This document shows, in pieces, positions 52,921 through 62,692 of a stretch of DNA of 64,000 nt. Under the pieces are notes generated by a model. The model ran no database searches, was not told the DNA's origin, and saw only the letters and a program-made list of their open reading frames with translations. The position numbers and the translations under genes are program-made. Numbering within the stretch: the stretch's first letter is position 1; each line of letters opens with the position of its first letter. This stretch comes from a virus: positions 15,495 through 79,494 of the IMG/VR virus record IMGVR_UViG_3300042549_008472; one strand, 5' to 3'.

Positions 52921-54864
52921 TTAAAAATCATCATTAAATAAATCCCCACCCATATTTTCCAATTTTTGATATGCACCGCTCTTACTTTCAAAAAAGTTTT
53001 GTCTTACTACTAAACTAATGTTCGACATAAAATCCAAAGGTTGTGAAACGTTAAATTCTAATGGTAGTTGATAATAATAAAGTAAATTATCAGCAACATA
53101 TTGAACATATTGTAACATCTTCTCTTTTGGTAAACCAATAACATCTCCTTGCTCATAGATAGACTCTACAAATAGTTTTTCAGTGTTATAACAGTCTAAA
53201 ATCATCTCTCTAACTTCTTCTTGTGGTAACTTATAATCATCTTTAATATATTTGTTATAAAGAAGTATTGCAAAGTTCATGTGCATTAATTCATCAATTA
53301 AAATCAATTCATTTGCTTGTCCAAGTCCCGCTAATTGTGGATATTTTTGGCGGAAAAACATTAAAAAAGCAAAAGTAGAACTAAAAGCCATTCCCTCAAC
53401 CAATGAGAACGCAACTACTCTTTGAATTAAACTGCCATTCTCTAACCATTTTTTAGCCCACTTAACTTTTTCAGCTACAATGGGATTGGTCTTAATAGCA
53501 TTAAACATTTCAAACTTTTCTTGGTCATCTTTTATAAGTTGTTCAATTAATCTACTATATGTTTCGCTTTGCCCTGTCAGAATACCATTAAATACCCCTG
53601 CATTTCTAAGAGGCTCGCTAAAACAATAAGTCATCTCGGTCTGTATTTTTTCTATATTTACAACTTTAATTAACTTTTTTCTTTCTACAACTAATTCATC
53701 AGTTTTAATCTGTAACCTTTTAGGATTAAACCCTAACTTAGCGAGCTTTTTAACGTTTGCTGTTGTTATATACAAGCAGTATAACTCTTTTGTTTCATAT
53801 AGTCTGTTAGCTCCTTTACCATCAGGTAATAAACTAAACCCTTCTTTTTTAGCCACTTTTAAATTTGCAGATATTCCTAAAGTAGTTAGTAAAAGTTTTA
53901 CATTTTTTATGAAATCTAAGTTTATTGAAGTATACTGAATAGCAGTAGCTGTCCTTTTTTTATTATAATTTATACAGCCGTCACCATCAAAAAGCCCCTC
54001 TAACCACTCTATTTTTGTTTTTACTGAATAGTTTATTGGTGTAAAAAACTTAGGTTTATTTAATTTATTGGTTAGGTAGAACTTATAAATATCTTTACGT
54101 TCTGCACTTAAATCTCCAAAATAAGGCAAAAGATTCTTCTTTTCTCCATATAATTTAATATATGGTGCATTATTTGTGTAACTACCATCTGCACAAAAGA
54201 ATCCATGTATATAAGGATTTAGTAAAAAATCTTCGTCTTGTAAATCTACAATTGGTAAATTGAAATCATATATAACATCCCCTAAACTTAATGTGTTTGT
54301 TGGTTTTTTTATTAACTTACAATTTTCTGGGTGGTTTTGATTACCATGTCTTATGAACCACTTATGCCCATCTGTACAATCTATATAACTACCATCGGAT
54401 AAGGTAACTCTATATAAATCTTGAACACCTGTTTCAACAATTCTTACCTTTGAAAATTCTTCCCCGTTCCATACATTAACCGATTCTCCGACTAATTTCC
54501 CAATTTTTAATTGCCCTTTATCTGTAAGGATTTTTGTATCAAAACTGACACAATGGACATCTTCTATATATGCTTGATAAACATAGTTAGATTTAATCTC
54601 TTCAATAGAGGAAAATTCTGAAATAATTTCATCGGCTAAATTATCTTGAACTATACTATCAGAAACACCAAAGAAACCTAATAGATGTTTTAAAATAGAA
54701 ACTGTTTTATCAGGTATCCCTTCAAAAGTATCTTTACTTAAATCTAATTCTTCTGCTGTCCAAATAGCTTGTTGTTGTTTTTTAAAATAATCCCACAACT
54801 CTGTGTGGTAGATAGGAAATTTAGTGTTACGTTCACCATTTGTAATATTTAAGTATTTACTCAT
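52921..54864 (-). CDS. nrdB: Class Ia ribonucleotide reductase beta subunit, intein-containing
   Basis: W..EE.DLS.D, IEDVH/SETY, VEG..FS..F, DE.MH, NFFE; start probably MSKYL. Confidence 0.9.
   Translation of the reverse strand: MSKYLNITNGERNTKFPIYHTELWDYFKKQQQAIWTAEELDLSKDTFEGIPDKTVSILKHLLGFFGVSDSIVQDNLADEIISEFSSIEEIKSNYVYQAYIEDVHCVSFDTKILTDKGQLKIGKLVGESVNVWNGEEFSKVRIVETGVQDLYRVTLSDGSYIDCTDGHKWFIRHGNQNHPENCKLIKKPTNTLSLGDVIYDFNLPIVDLQDEDFLLNPYIHGFFCADGSYTNNAPYIKLYGEKKNLLPYFGDLSAERKDIYKFYLTNKLNKPKFFTPINYSVKTKIEWLEGLFDGDGCINYNKKRTATAIQYTSINLDFIKNVKLLLTTLGISANLKVAKKEGFSLLPDGKGANRLYETKELYCLYITTANVKKLAKLGFNPKRLQIKTDELVVERKKLIKVVNIEKIQTEMTYCFSEPLRNAGVFNGILTGQSETYSRLIEQLIKDDQEKFEMFNAIKTNPIVAEKVKWAKKWLENGSLIQRVVAFSLVEGMAFSSTFAFLMFFRQKYPQLAGLGQANELILIDELMHMNFAILLYNKYIKDDYKLPQEEVREMILDCYNTEKLFVESIYEQGDVIGLPKEKMLQYVQYVADNLLYYYQLPLEFNVSQPLDFMSNISLVVRQNFFESKSGAYQKLENMGGDLFNDDF
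53569..54552 (-). mobile_element. Intein (328 aa) with LAGLIDADG endonuclease, ending in Gln
   Basis: H|CVSFDTKILT...CTDGHKW...GFFCADG...GLFDGDG...TYCF...NGILTGQ|S. Confidence 0.9.
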
Positions 54865-54892
54865 TTTTATTATTGATTTAATTATTTTAGAC

Positions 54893-55038
54893 AAAAAAAC
54901 TCCTGCCATTAATTTGCGACAGGAGCATTATTTTTATGTTTCGTGTACCAAGTTCTTAAAAAAGATTCTTTTACACCGCTATCTCGGACAGCCTTTTTAA
55001 TTTGATACAAATATAATTCTTTTATATGATTTGTGCAA
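54893..55038 (-). promoter_or_regulatory. Promoter, ~100-nt structured leader and intrinsic terminator upstream of nrdB
   Basis: TTGCAC...TATATTTG (55038-55008); GCTCCTGTC/GGCAGGAGT stem plus T tract. Confidence 0.55.
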
Positions 55039-55062
55039 GTTAATTAATTTTTAATTTGTTTT

Positions 55063-56719
55063 TTAAAAATAATCTTTCATGTTGTCAATTTTTCCTTCAA
55101 CTCTCTCTAAAATCTGTTTTAATTCCTCTATTGATTTTGCTTCATTAGTTGTTACCATTAAGTATTTAGAGAAAATCTGAGATAATTTAGGATAAAAGTG
55201 AGACTGTCTTTTTACTGTTGGTTCTATTTCTCCTGTCTTTTTATTTTCTTTTTCGCCGATTTCCTCGTGTACTAAAACTAAGCCTCTGTAGCCATCAGGC
55301 TCTAAGTGATAACCGTCTGTTAATTCAATTCTGTCTGTATTCATGTTTTTAAATATTGTGTGCATTTTAGCTATTGTTTAATTAATATCATAATCCATAC
55401 ATAACTGTTCAAAATCTTCGATACAAGCATAGAGCATATCATAGTCATTATAGTGTCTTGGATATTCTCCTATTTCTAAATATTTGATAGTTAAGGCATA
55501 ATCCTCTGAATTTAAATTGCCTCTGTCTGCCAATCTTTCATACTCTTCTTTGAGAGCCTCTGCTAATTTTTGTTTTCTCATCTTACTGTTTTTAATATTA
55601 TTCCCGCGAATATATGGTCTTCACTGTAGTCTTCAAATTCTGTAAAATCGCTCATATATGTTGTTTTTGAGTTTGAATTTCTCACATAGTATTTCTTTTA
55701 AGTCCTCTATTGTGAGAGTTATTTTAGTTTCAGTTGTTGTTTCTGTTTTCATACCTCTCTAGCCAATGTGTAAAGTTATTTAATAAATAATCTGTTGCTA
55801 TTTTACAGTCTTTAATCTGTATAAATTTACCTTTCTTAATTTCTATTTCTTCGTCGGGTAAATACTCTTTCATAAAAGTTCCTTTGTAATTTTCATCTAA
55901 AATAAAATTCGTTCTCCTATGTTAGGTAATCTGTCTTTTATTTTTATGGCTCTGTATAAAATGTCTTTCATAAGCTGTTCTTATTTATAAATTATTTCAT
56001 AGGCTCTCTCCAAACAATAGTGCTCCTCTCCCTCATTTAAGAATTCTCCGTTTTGGTATAGTCTGTGTAAGCCGTAGTCAACATATATTATTTCCAAACC
56101 GTGTAGTTTTAATACGGACTTTTCCATTAAATATGTATCAAATATTTGTTTTAAATCTTCCTCGGCTTTCATATCTGAGTTTCTGTACTTGTCTCTAATG
56201 CTTCCTAAATGATTCATAAGTTGTTGTTTTTATTTCTTCTACAAAGATATATCATTGTTTTTAGTTGTGCAAGAATTTTGTTGATTAATATTCCACATCT
56301 ATAATAAAACCTTCAAAAATATATCTAAAATCTTCTGCTACTTGCTCTAAAAACTGTTCCATAATATCTTCATTGTATTTTCCAGAGGCAGAAACATTGT
56401 ATCTATAACTATCTGTTTTATGGTATTTTAATTTAGCGTCTGTAAACTTTTCTCTCATATTTTTAACTTTTTCCGCGAAAAATTTATAAACTTCTTTATC
56501 TAACATAGGTTCGATAATTTCTCTTACTAAAGAGATGTGTTTAAAAGTTCTCGCTAAAGAACGTTGTCTAAAAAATTCAGCTGAGTCGTTATCATCATCG
56601 AATACAAAAATCTCTCTTAGTTTTATAGCTTCTGTAATACCATTGTGTACTTGGTCTAATATTGTGTAATCTAAGTCTGCATTGACTTCCATTATGAAGT
56701 CTGTGATTTTATTATTCAT
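55063..56719 (-). CDS. Small hypothetical genes (55063-55365, 55378-55581, 55981-56217, 56285-56719)
   Basis: Co-directional ORFs; promoter at 56242-56272. Confidence 0.55.
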
Positions 56720-56888
56720 TTGTTTTTAGTTTTTTCGCCGATAAAAAATAAAGAAACAGAGTAGATGCCTTGGTCTTATTGAGGCACACTTTAATAGCTT
56801 CCGTACTACTCTGAATCTTTAAAATAACAGACTTCAATTAAGTAACCACACTGGGTATCTGTTTTGAACGAGTGACTTAACGACTCTG

Positions 56889-56966
56889 TTTCCCCAGTGT
56901 GACTCGAACACACATGTAACCAAATTACGGTTTCTATTCGTTATGAGCGAAAGCCGATATGGGGAA
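56889..56966 (-). ncRNA. tRNA-like RNA with CAU anticodon loop and no D arm
   Basis: TTCCCCA/TGGGGAA acceptor, GTGTG-TTCGAGT-CACAC T arm, TTCG-CTCATAA-CGAA anticodon arm. Confidence 0.7.
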
Positions 56967-57265
56967 GAATAAAAACAGAAATCCTTGAAGATAGGAACAG
57001 CGATACTTTCATGCACAAGTAATTAGCTTGCAACAATCTATCACCTACATATCGGTGCATTGGGATATACTGTCATACTCAACAAACACAACACTTCTTC
57101 TAATGTTGTAACAATCTTTTCCCATGTAGAGGTTATCCAGTGTTGTAGTGTGCCCCTTATTTATATCCCTTGTCGCAAAGCTTACGGTTATATTCAACTA
57201 CGGGTTTGCGTTTTACTTACACAGGTAAAAATTATTACTTGTTTGTCTTTCTATTTCTGTTTTTG

Positions 57266-57335
57266 TGGCGAGACTAGGTGTCGAACCTAACTCTTCTGCT
57301 ATCCACACAGACGCTTACCCCTAAGCTATCACGCC
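57266..57335 (-). tRNA. Atypical or degenerate tRNA (nominal anticodon GGA, short variable loop)
   Basis: GGCGTGA/TCTCGCC acceptor, GCTT/AAGC D stem, TAGG-TTCGACA-CCTA T arm; non-canonical anticodon loop GTGGATA. Confidence 0.55.
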
Positions 57336-57578
57336 AATTTGTGAATCAAAAAATTTCCGCCGTAGCTAAAAAATATCATCACACGTTAAGACTTATCCAA
57401 ATTGTGTAGGTATCTAAACAGGGTAAACTCTATTCTACATCTGAATGTATTCAAAGTCATAACTTTTTTTAGGTTCAAAACGCGAACTGAAACTCATTTA
57501 ATACTTAACAGAAAAACTGTTTCTAGGTTTGTCCCTAGCACGCATAGACACTATACGTAGTTAAACATCGGTGTTTTG

Positions 57579-57671
57579 TGGGTGAATACAGGAGTCGAAC
57601 CTGCGAACCTTTTGGATGATGAGGTTTCTATGTTTACCTTTCATTGCTTTAACCACTTGCATAATTCCCCC
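57579..57671 (-). tRNA. Degenerate type II tRNA (Tyr/GTA-like)
   Basis: GGGGAAT/ATTCACC, D loop AAGTGGTTAAA, long variable arm AACCT/AGGTT, GCAGG-TTCGACT-CCTGT; anticodon stem poorly paired. Confidence 0.5.
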
Positions 57672-58001
57672 ATTTTACAGCGTGGGCTGTCACTTATCAG
57701 TTTTGGTAGCATCCCTTAGTACCTAATCTTCATCAGGGCAAGGGTCGAATCTTAATTAATCTTCATAATGTGTTACCGTCCATCTTTCTGTCTCATGGTC
57801 GTAAGAACGGCTTCCTTGTACTTCTTCGTTGTAATCTCGTGAATTTTTATCACTGTAAAAATCTTTTGATACTTCTTTCATTTTTTATTTATTTAATTAT
57901 TAATTTTTTGCGCGAAAAAGATAAAAACAGAGGAGAAGACATTATATATTATGCTACCACGTATTACTTAGGTTCACCTACCTCTGTTTCATTCTTCGTT
58001 A

Positions 58002-58032
58002 CAAATGTACAAATAGTTTTTTACTTGTGCAA
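58002..58032 (-). promoter_or_regulatory. Promoter of the tRNA/ncRNA cluster
   Basis: Minus strand TTGCAC...TACATTTG. Confidence 0.65.
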
Positions 58033-58061
58033 ATATTTTTAATCTTTTTTGCCGAAATACT

Positions 58062-58856
58062 TTAAATTTGTCCTAAAGATTCAGCCATTAAAAGTTTTAC
58101 ATTTATCTCTACATTATGTAAAGACTCTAATAAAAGGCACTCCGTAGCACCTCCAAACCAAATTGAGGGTTTGTATAAAAAATCTCTTCCCTCTTTGAGT
58201 AAATACTGTTCTATTTTAAAACAATTATACATACTATTTTCTTGCAAAAATAAAATTTCTTTATTGTATGGTATTTTTGCAAATCTTTTTTCGCAGGACT
58301 CTTCTTTTGTGATACCTATTTTAATGAATTCTTCACTTGTGTTATATAGTTTTACAATGTATACAAATCCTTTTTCTTTTATCAATAACTCTTTATATTT
58401 TTCAAAATATGAAATGGTTTGTTTATTTTTACCATCACCATAACAGTATGCACAACCTACGTTCCCTTTACTTAAAAGTTTATTAGGTGTGTTTTCATAC
58501 TCTATGTTACAACTATTACACTTATATTTTACTCTTGTACCATTATTTACATAATCACCTGTTATAGAAAGTTTATCTTTAAATTTAGTTGTTATACTAT
58601 TTATAAAATTATCCTTATATCCTTTATACTTTTCAGATTCAACTTTTTCTCTAATACATTTTTTACAACCATGTCCTTTAGAGTGCAGATAACAACTTTG
58701 TTTAAAAATACCATGATTAGGACAAATTATTTCAACAAGACACTCAGAATTTATATATTCTGTAAATAAACTATAATCATAGAAATCTTTATGTACCTCA
58801 TTAAAATAATCTTTAATTTTTTGAATAGTTGTATTTTTAAAACTGAATTTTGACAT
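58062..58856 (-). CDS. Zn-finger-repeat GIY-YIG/T5orf172-like putative homing endonuclease
   Basis: ICPNHG.F...GC..C Zn repeats; GFVYIVK...FIKIGIT...FGGATEC. Confidence 0.65.
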   Translation of the reverse strand: MSKFSFKNTTIQKIKDYFNEVHKDFYDYSLFTEYINSECLVEIICPNHGIFKQSCYLHSKGHGCKKCIREKVESEKYKGYKDNFINSITTKFKDKLSITGDYVNNGTRVKYKCNSCNIEYENTPNKLLSKGNVGCAYCYGDGKNKQTISYFEKYKELLIKEKGFVYIVKLYNTSEEFIKIGITKEESCEKRFAKIPYNKEILFLQENSMYNCFKIEQYLLKEGRDFLYKPSIWFGGATECLLLESLHNVEINVKLLMAESLGQI

Positions 58857-59570
58857 CTATTTAAAATATTTTTGATAAATTTTAAAATACTCTGAAATTT
58901 CTTTGCAAACAGATACAACAGAATTTTTTAAATAGTATTCTACATCTTCTTTTTTATATGGTGTATAGATATAATCAATCTGACCCGTTAACCTTAAACA
59001 GTTTTTATCACCTATTATTAAATTATTTCCTTTGCGGTCTAAATGATTTACTCTGCAACCACCGATATCAAAACCTTCTAATTCTCTTTGATAAGCATAC
59101 ATACGAGTTTGATAATACTTTTTTATATCTCCATACTTCTCTTGCATACTTTTAGATGCACCTGTCTTTAAATCTTCTATAAATAACATACTATCAATCT
59201 CGTATTCATGGTCTGAAAACCCCTGTAAAACACAATCTTTAAGTCCAAAAGGTTCAAGGTCAATTACTATTTCAGACTCGTATTTAGAACTTTCATGTTT
59301 AACTAACTGATTAATAGTGTTCATGTCAAATTCAGACAGATTTTTATCCCTCTCGCCATCAGAGAAATAAGTCCCTACAAGATTACCAAAAAATGCAAAC
59401 ATACCACTTTCAGAGGAGTTTCCTAAAAAATATCCTTGTATGTACTGCTCTTTATAATCTTTAAAAGAATTAAGTTGACTATAACTAATTTTCTGTTTAT
59501 TTTTATGTTGTGGGTAATTACCTAATTCATTTTCATACAACTTAGGTAAATTTATTTTAATTGCTTTCAA
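58857..59570 (-). CDS. PD-(D/E)XK (RecB/Cas4-like) exonuclease
   Basis: ISYSQL, GFSD, IEDLKTG, Q..MYA. Confidence 0.75.
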   Translation of the reverse strand: MKAIKINLPKLYENELGNYPQHKNKQKISYSQLNSFKDYKEQYIQGYFLGNSSESGMFAFFGNLVGTYFSDGERDKNLSEFDMNTINQLVKHESSKYESEIVIDLEPFGLKDCVLQGFSDHEYEIDSMLFIEDLKTGASKSMQEKYGDIKKYYQTRMYAYQRELEGFDIGGCRVNHLDRKGNNLIIGDKNCLRLTGQIDYIYTPYKKEDVEYYLKNSVVSVCKEISEYFKIYQKYFK

Positions 59571-60519
59571 ATTCTTCTTTTAATTGGTTTATAATTTCAT
59601 CTATCTGTTTTTGATTGGTTACCTTTCCAAAATTAGAATCAATTTCGGCTAAAGATGCTTTAACTAAATCTAATACAATGTCTTTTTCTTTTTTAGATAA
59701 TTTATTCTTTTTTAAAATTTCCTCTAACTTCTGTTTATCTTTTATTGTAATTACCTTATTTGTATAAATCTTTTGTAACAGAGGTAACTCTTCTGTTTTA
59801 ATATCTTGCCTAAAAATAGGCTCTAAAATATTATCTCCTTTCCAAACTCTTATTAGGTTACTTAATACTGCAACATCTGATTCACAGTAAGATTGTAGCT
59901 CTTTAATTCTACCTGAATAAAAATAGTCAGAAGTTTCATTACCATGCATAATGAGTTTACTTGATGGAATCTTAAAGCACATTGCCAATTCATCTAAAGA
60001 AGTGTTTCCAAAATTTATCCCCTTCCATAATTTCATACTGTCATGTACAGATTTTTCCATATCCCACACTTTCATCCCTACATCATTACCTTGTGTCTCA
60101 GATAAATAATCTTCTGTCTTTAATCCATTTATGAACCACCTTTTTCTTATGTAGGGCATGTCAAACTCAGCGTTATGAAAGACTAAACTCCTGCCCGTGG
60201 ATTTAACTAAAGATATTAAATTAGTCAGTATTTCTTTCTCTTCCCCAACAAAAGACTTAATATGAAGTTCATCATTATGTATAAATCCAACAGATATACA
60301 AGCTATTTTACCCCACTCAGGGAATAATGCCGATTTATCATAATAAAGGCGAATATTTTCTTCATCTGAAAGAAATTCATTAGTCTCTTTATTTCTCTGT
60401 TTCCACTGCCAAACACTATAATATGGGTGGCTTTGGTCAAAAGTCTCTTCTCCTCTGATGGTTTCACAATCTGCAAAAAGAAGTTTTGAGTAATCTAAAT
60501 TTTTAATTTTACTGTTCAT
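59557..60519 (-). CDS. PolB-type 3'-5' exonuclease (DnaQ-like)
   Basis: DCET, GKIACISVG, HNAEFDMPYI, YCESDV. Confidence 0.8.
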   Translation of the reverse strand: MNSKIKNLDYSKLLFADCETIRGEETFDQSHPYYSVWQWKQRNKETNEFLSDEENIRLYYDKSALFPEWGKIACISVGFIHNDELHIKSFVGEEKEILTNLISLVKSTGRSLVFHNAEFDMPYIRKRWFINGLKTEDYLSETQGNDVGMKVWDMEKSVHDSMKLWKGINFGNTSLDELAMCFKIPSSKLIMHGNETSDYFYSGRIKELQSYCESDVAVLSNLIRVWKGDNILEPIFRQDIKTEELPLLQKIYTNKVITIKDKQKLEEILKKNKLSKKEKDIVLDLVKASLAEIDSNFGKVTNQKQIDEIINQLKEEFESN

Positions 60520-60522
60520 CTG

Positions 60523-61314
60523 TTATTTATTTAAAATCATTTCTAAAATGTCTTCTCTGTGTTTTTGACCATTTTTTGTTTGAGCATATTTTGCCTTTGC
60601 CTCCAAAATCGTCCACAGTGGTACAACTTTTAATTCAAAATCATCGTATTTTAACAGTTCATATTTTTGTTTTGGGTCAATTTTTATGTCGGCTTTTAAA
60701 CTATTGATTAAGATACAATCATCATAATCACTTCCGCTAAACCTCTCTTCTCCTCCATCTTCGTCAACCTTAATGCCTTCTTTGGTTAAAAGTTTTGAGT
60801 AAAATGGTAAAATAAAATCGTAATCTCCAACACCTGAAGAAAAACGGTTAAGTCTAACACCCTGTAAATAAAGTGCTATACTTCCTCCAACTATAAGATG
60901 AGGATTCAATTCTTGTAATGCTCTTACAGTTTCTATTTTCATAGCTTTATCAAGCAGTTTTTTCTTTTTATCTGCTTCGATTTTATTTAACTCTTCCTTA
61001 GTTATTTCTCTTAAGAATTTAATACACTTTGCCCCGCTCTTTTTGTCAGAACCATCTTCAAAATTACCTATTATTTCAATCTCAAAAAATCTATTACCGC
61101 CGTTATTTGTATAATAATCAAAAGTATCTTCCAAGTTATTGCAATAATGAAGAGCTGTTTTTGTGCAAAGTTTTAGTTCAGGACTAATTATTATTGAACC
61201 GTCTTTTACTTCTTTAACTTCATTTTTGTCATCAATATAGTAAGTTTTACCCACTTCAAAAGCTACATCTCTGCACTTTAAATTTTTGTCTGTTCCTTTA
61301 TATCCTAATTTCAT
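60523..61314 (-). CDS. Two-domain protein with C-terminal nucleotidyltransferase-like domain
   Basis: N-terminal YKGTDKNLKCRD..FEVGKTY phage domain; VGGSIAL...GDYDF. Confidence 0.5.
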   Translation of the reverse strand: MKLGYKGTDKNLKCRDVAFEVGKTYYIDDKNEVKEVKDGSIIISPELKLCTKTALHYCNNLEDTFDYYTNNGGNRFFEIEIIGNFEDGSDKKSGAKCIKFLREITKEELNKIEADKKKKLLDKAMKIETVRALQELNPHLIVGGSIALYLQGVRLNRFSSGVGDYDFILPFYSKLLTKEGIKVDEDGGEERFSGSDYDDCILINSLKADIKIDPKQKYELLKYDDFELKVVPLWTILEAKAKYAQTKNGQKHREDILEMILNK

Positions 61315-61334
61315 CCTTCTGTTATTTAATTATG

Positions 61335-61365
61335 CAAATATATTCTTTTTATTTTACTCTTGCAA
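61335..61365 (-). promoter_or_regulatory. Bacteroidota-type promoter
   Basis: Minus strand TTGCAA...TATATTTG. Confidence 0.6.
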
Positions 61366-61478
61366 ATTTATTTTTAAATATTTAACCCCTTGTTCAGTTT
61401 CTTTTATTTCTCCTGAAAACTGCCAATCTATGTATTCAGAACCATTTTTACTTCTACAAAATGTATTATATTTCATCT

Positions 61479-62282
61479 TTATATTGGCAAATTTATTTTA
61501 CTTAAAATTTGGTTTGACACGTGAGTATAGACCTCGGTTATTTTTGAGGAGCTGTGGCCTAAACATTTTTGTATGATTCGCAGGTCTGTTCCTGCTTCCA
61601 ATAATGCCGTTGCTTGTGAATGCCTTAGTAAATGAAAATGATAATCTTTACCAATATATTTCTTAACTATTTCATTACAACTTCTGTGCGAATATTTCAA
61701 TCCAAACTGACCACTAAACAAGAACTCTTTTGGTCTACATTCTTTAAAGTATTCGCGCAAAAGATTTAAAACAGTAGAAGATAGAGGAACAAAACGGCTT
61801 TTCCTACCTTTACTATTAACAATATGAATCAACATTCTTTTACTATCAACATTCTCAATTTTTAAATTACAAACTTCACTAACTCGCATTCCTGTAGAGT
61901 AAGCTAAAGTGATAATAGCTTTGTGTTTCAAATTTTCAATTTTTGAAATCTTATCAAGTAAAAAATCTTTATCAATTACTCTTGGTAATTTTTTCTCTGA
62001 TTTTGGTCTTTTAAAAGACACTTTATCATACTTCTTCTCTAATCCGTATTTATATAAAAATCTAATAGAATTTATCACTTGATTTTGTTGAGAAACTGAA
62101 CTAAATTTATAATTATCTAAATAGTTTTGAAAATCTTTAGCATTTAAATGTGATATTTGTTTATCTCCAATACTTTTTACAAAATCCTTTATGTGATAAA
62201 TATAGTTTTCTTTTGTTCGTGGAGAGTAATTAAGATATATAAACTTTTGTTCGCAAATCTTTATAATTTTTTCGTTTAACAT
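61479..62282 (-). CDS. Tyrosine recombinase (Xer/IntI-like), probable cassette integrase
   Basis: N-terminal YSPRT..NY; catalytic GMRVSE, KGRK, HLLRH, LGH, VYTHV. Confidence 0.9.
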   Translation of the reverse strand: MLNEKIIKICEQKFIYLNYSPRTKENYIYHIKDFVKSIGDKQISHLNAKDFQNYLDNYKFSSVSQQNQVINSIRFLYKYGLEKKYDKVSFKRPKSEKKLPRVIDKDFLLDKISKIENLKHKAIITLAYSTGMRVSEVCNLKIENVDSKRMLIHIVNSKGRKSRFVPLSSTVLNLLREYFKECRPKEFLFSGQFGLKYSHRSCNEIVKKYIGKDYHFHLLRHSQATALLEAGTDLRIIQKCLGHSSSKITEVYTHVSNQILSKINLPI

Positions 62283-62332
62283 GTTGATTTTATTAGTGTT
62301 TCAATACAGTTGAGTATATATTTATGTTATAA
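62283..62332 (+). other. attI-like site
   Basis: Hairpin-free segment between the integrase ATG and the first core GTT at 62326. Confidence 0.6.
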
Positions 62333-62692
62333 CACATTTTTTTCCAATGTTACCGCTGAATCAGAAATAACTAAAATTTCTTTATAAGTTTCTTTGTCTA
62401 CTATTAAAGCCATAGGTTTAGTAAATTTCATATGTTGAAAAACCAAATCTGTTATTCCTTCAATCCTGCTTAAATTGCTTTTTGCTATTTCTAAATCTCT
62501 TTCCCATTCTGCAATTAATTTCTTTTGTTTTTGCACTTTTTCAAACGCAAATAATAATACTTCCTTTGCTACATTTTCATCGCCTTGAATTTCATTTACA
62601 ACCCCTGAAAAAGAAGTTAAATCGTCTAAATTAAAACGTGTTATAACATCGGTTTTGTTAAATGCCTTGTTTTGGTCTTTTTCTGTATTCAT
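62327..62692 (-). CDS. Cassette gene, hypothetical coiled-coil protein
   Basis: Start in hairpin loop, stop in GTTA core. Confidence 0.7.
   Translation of the reverse strand: MNTEKDQNKAFNKTDVITRFNLDDLTSFSGVVNEIQGDENVAKEVLLFAFEKVQKQKKLIAEWERDLEIAKSNLSRIEGITDLVFQHMKFTKPMALIVDKETYKEILVISDSAVTLEKNVL

Noticed and set aside
57700-57745. CTGATGA (minus strand) as a hammerhead ribozyme core
   Set aside because: No stem II followed by GAAA
58857-59570. Cas4 of a CRISPR system
   Set aside because: No Fe-S cysteine set, other cas genes or array; an ordinary phage PD-(D/E)XK nuclease
61479-62282. Lysogeny integrase / temperate lifestyle
   Set aside because: No repressor or attP evident in the window; the adjacent cassette array explains the gene better, though this is not formally excluded
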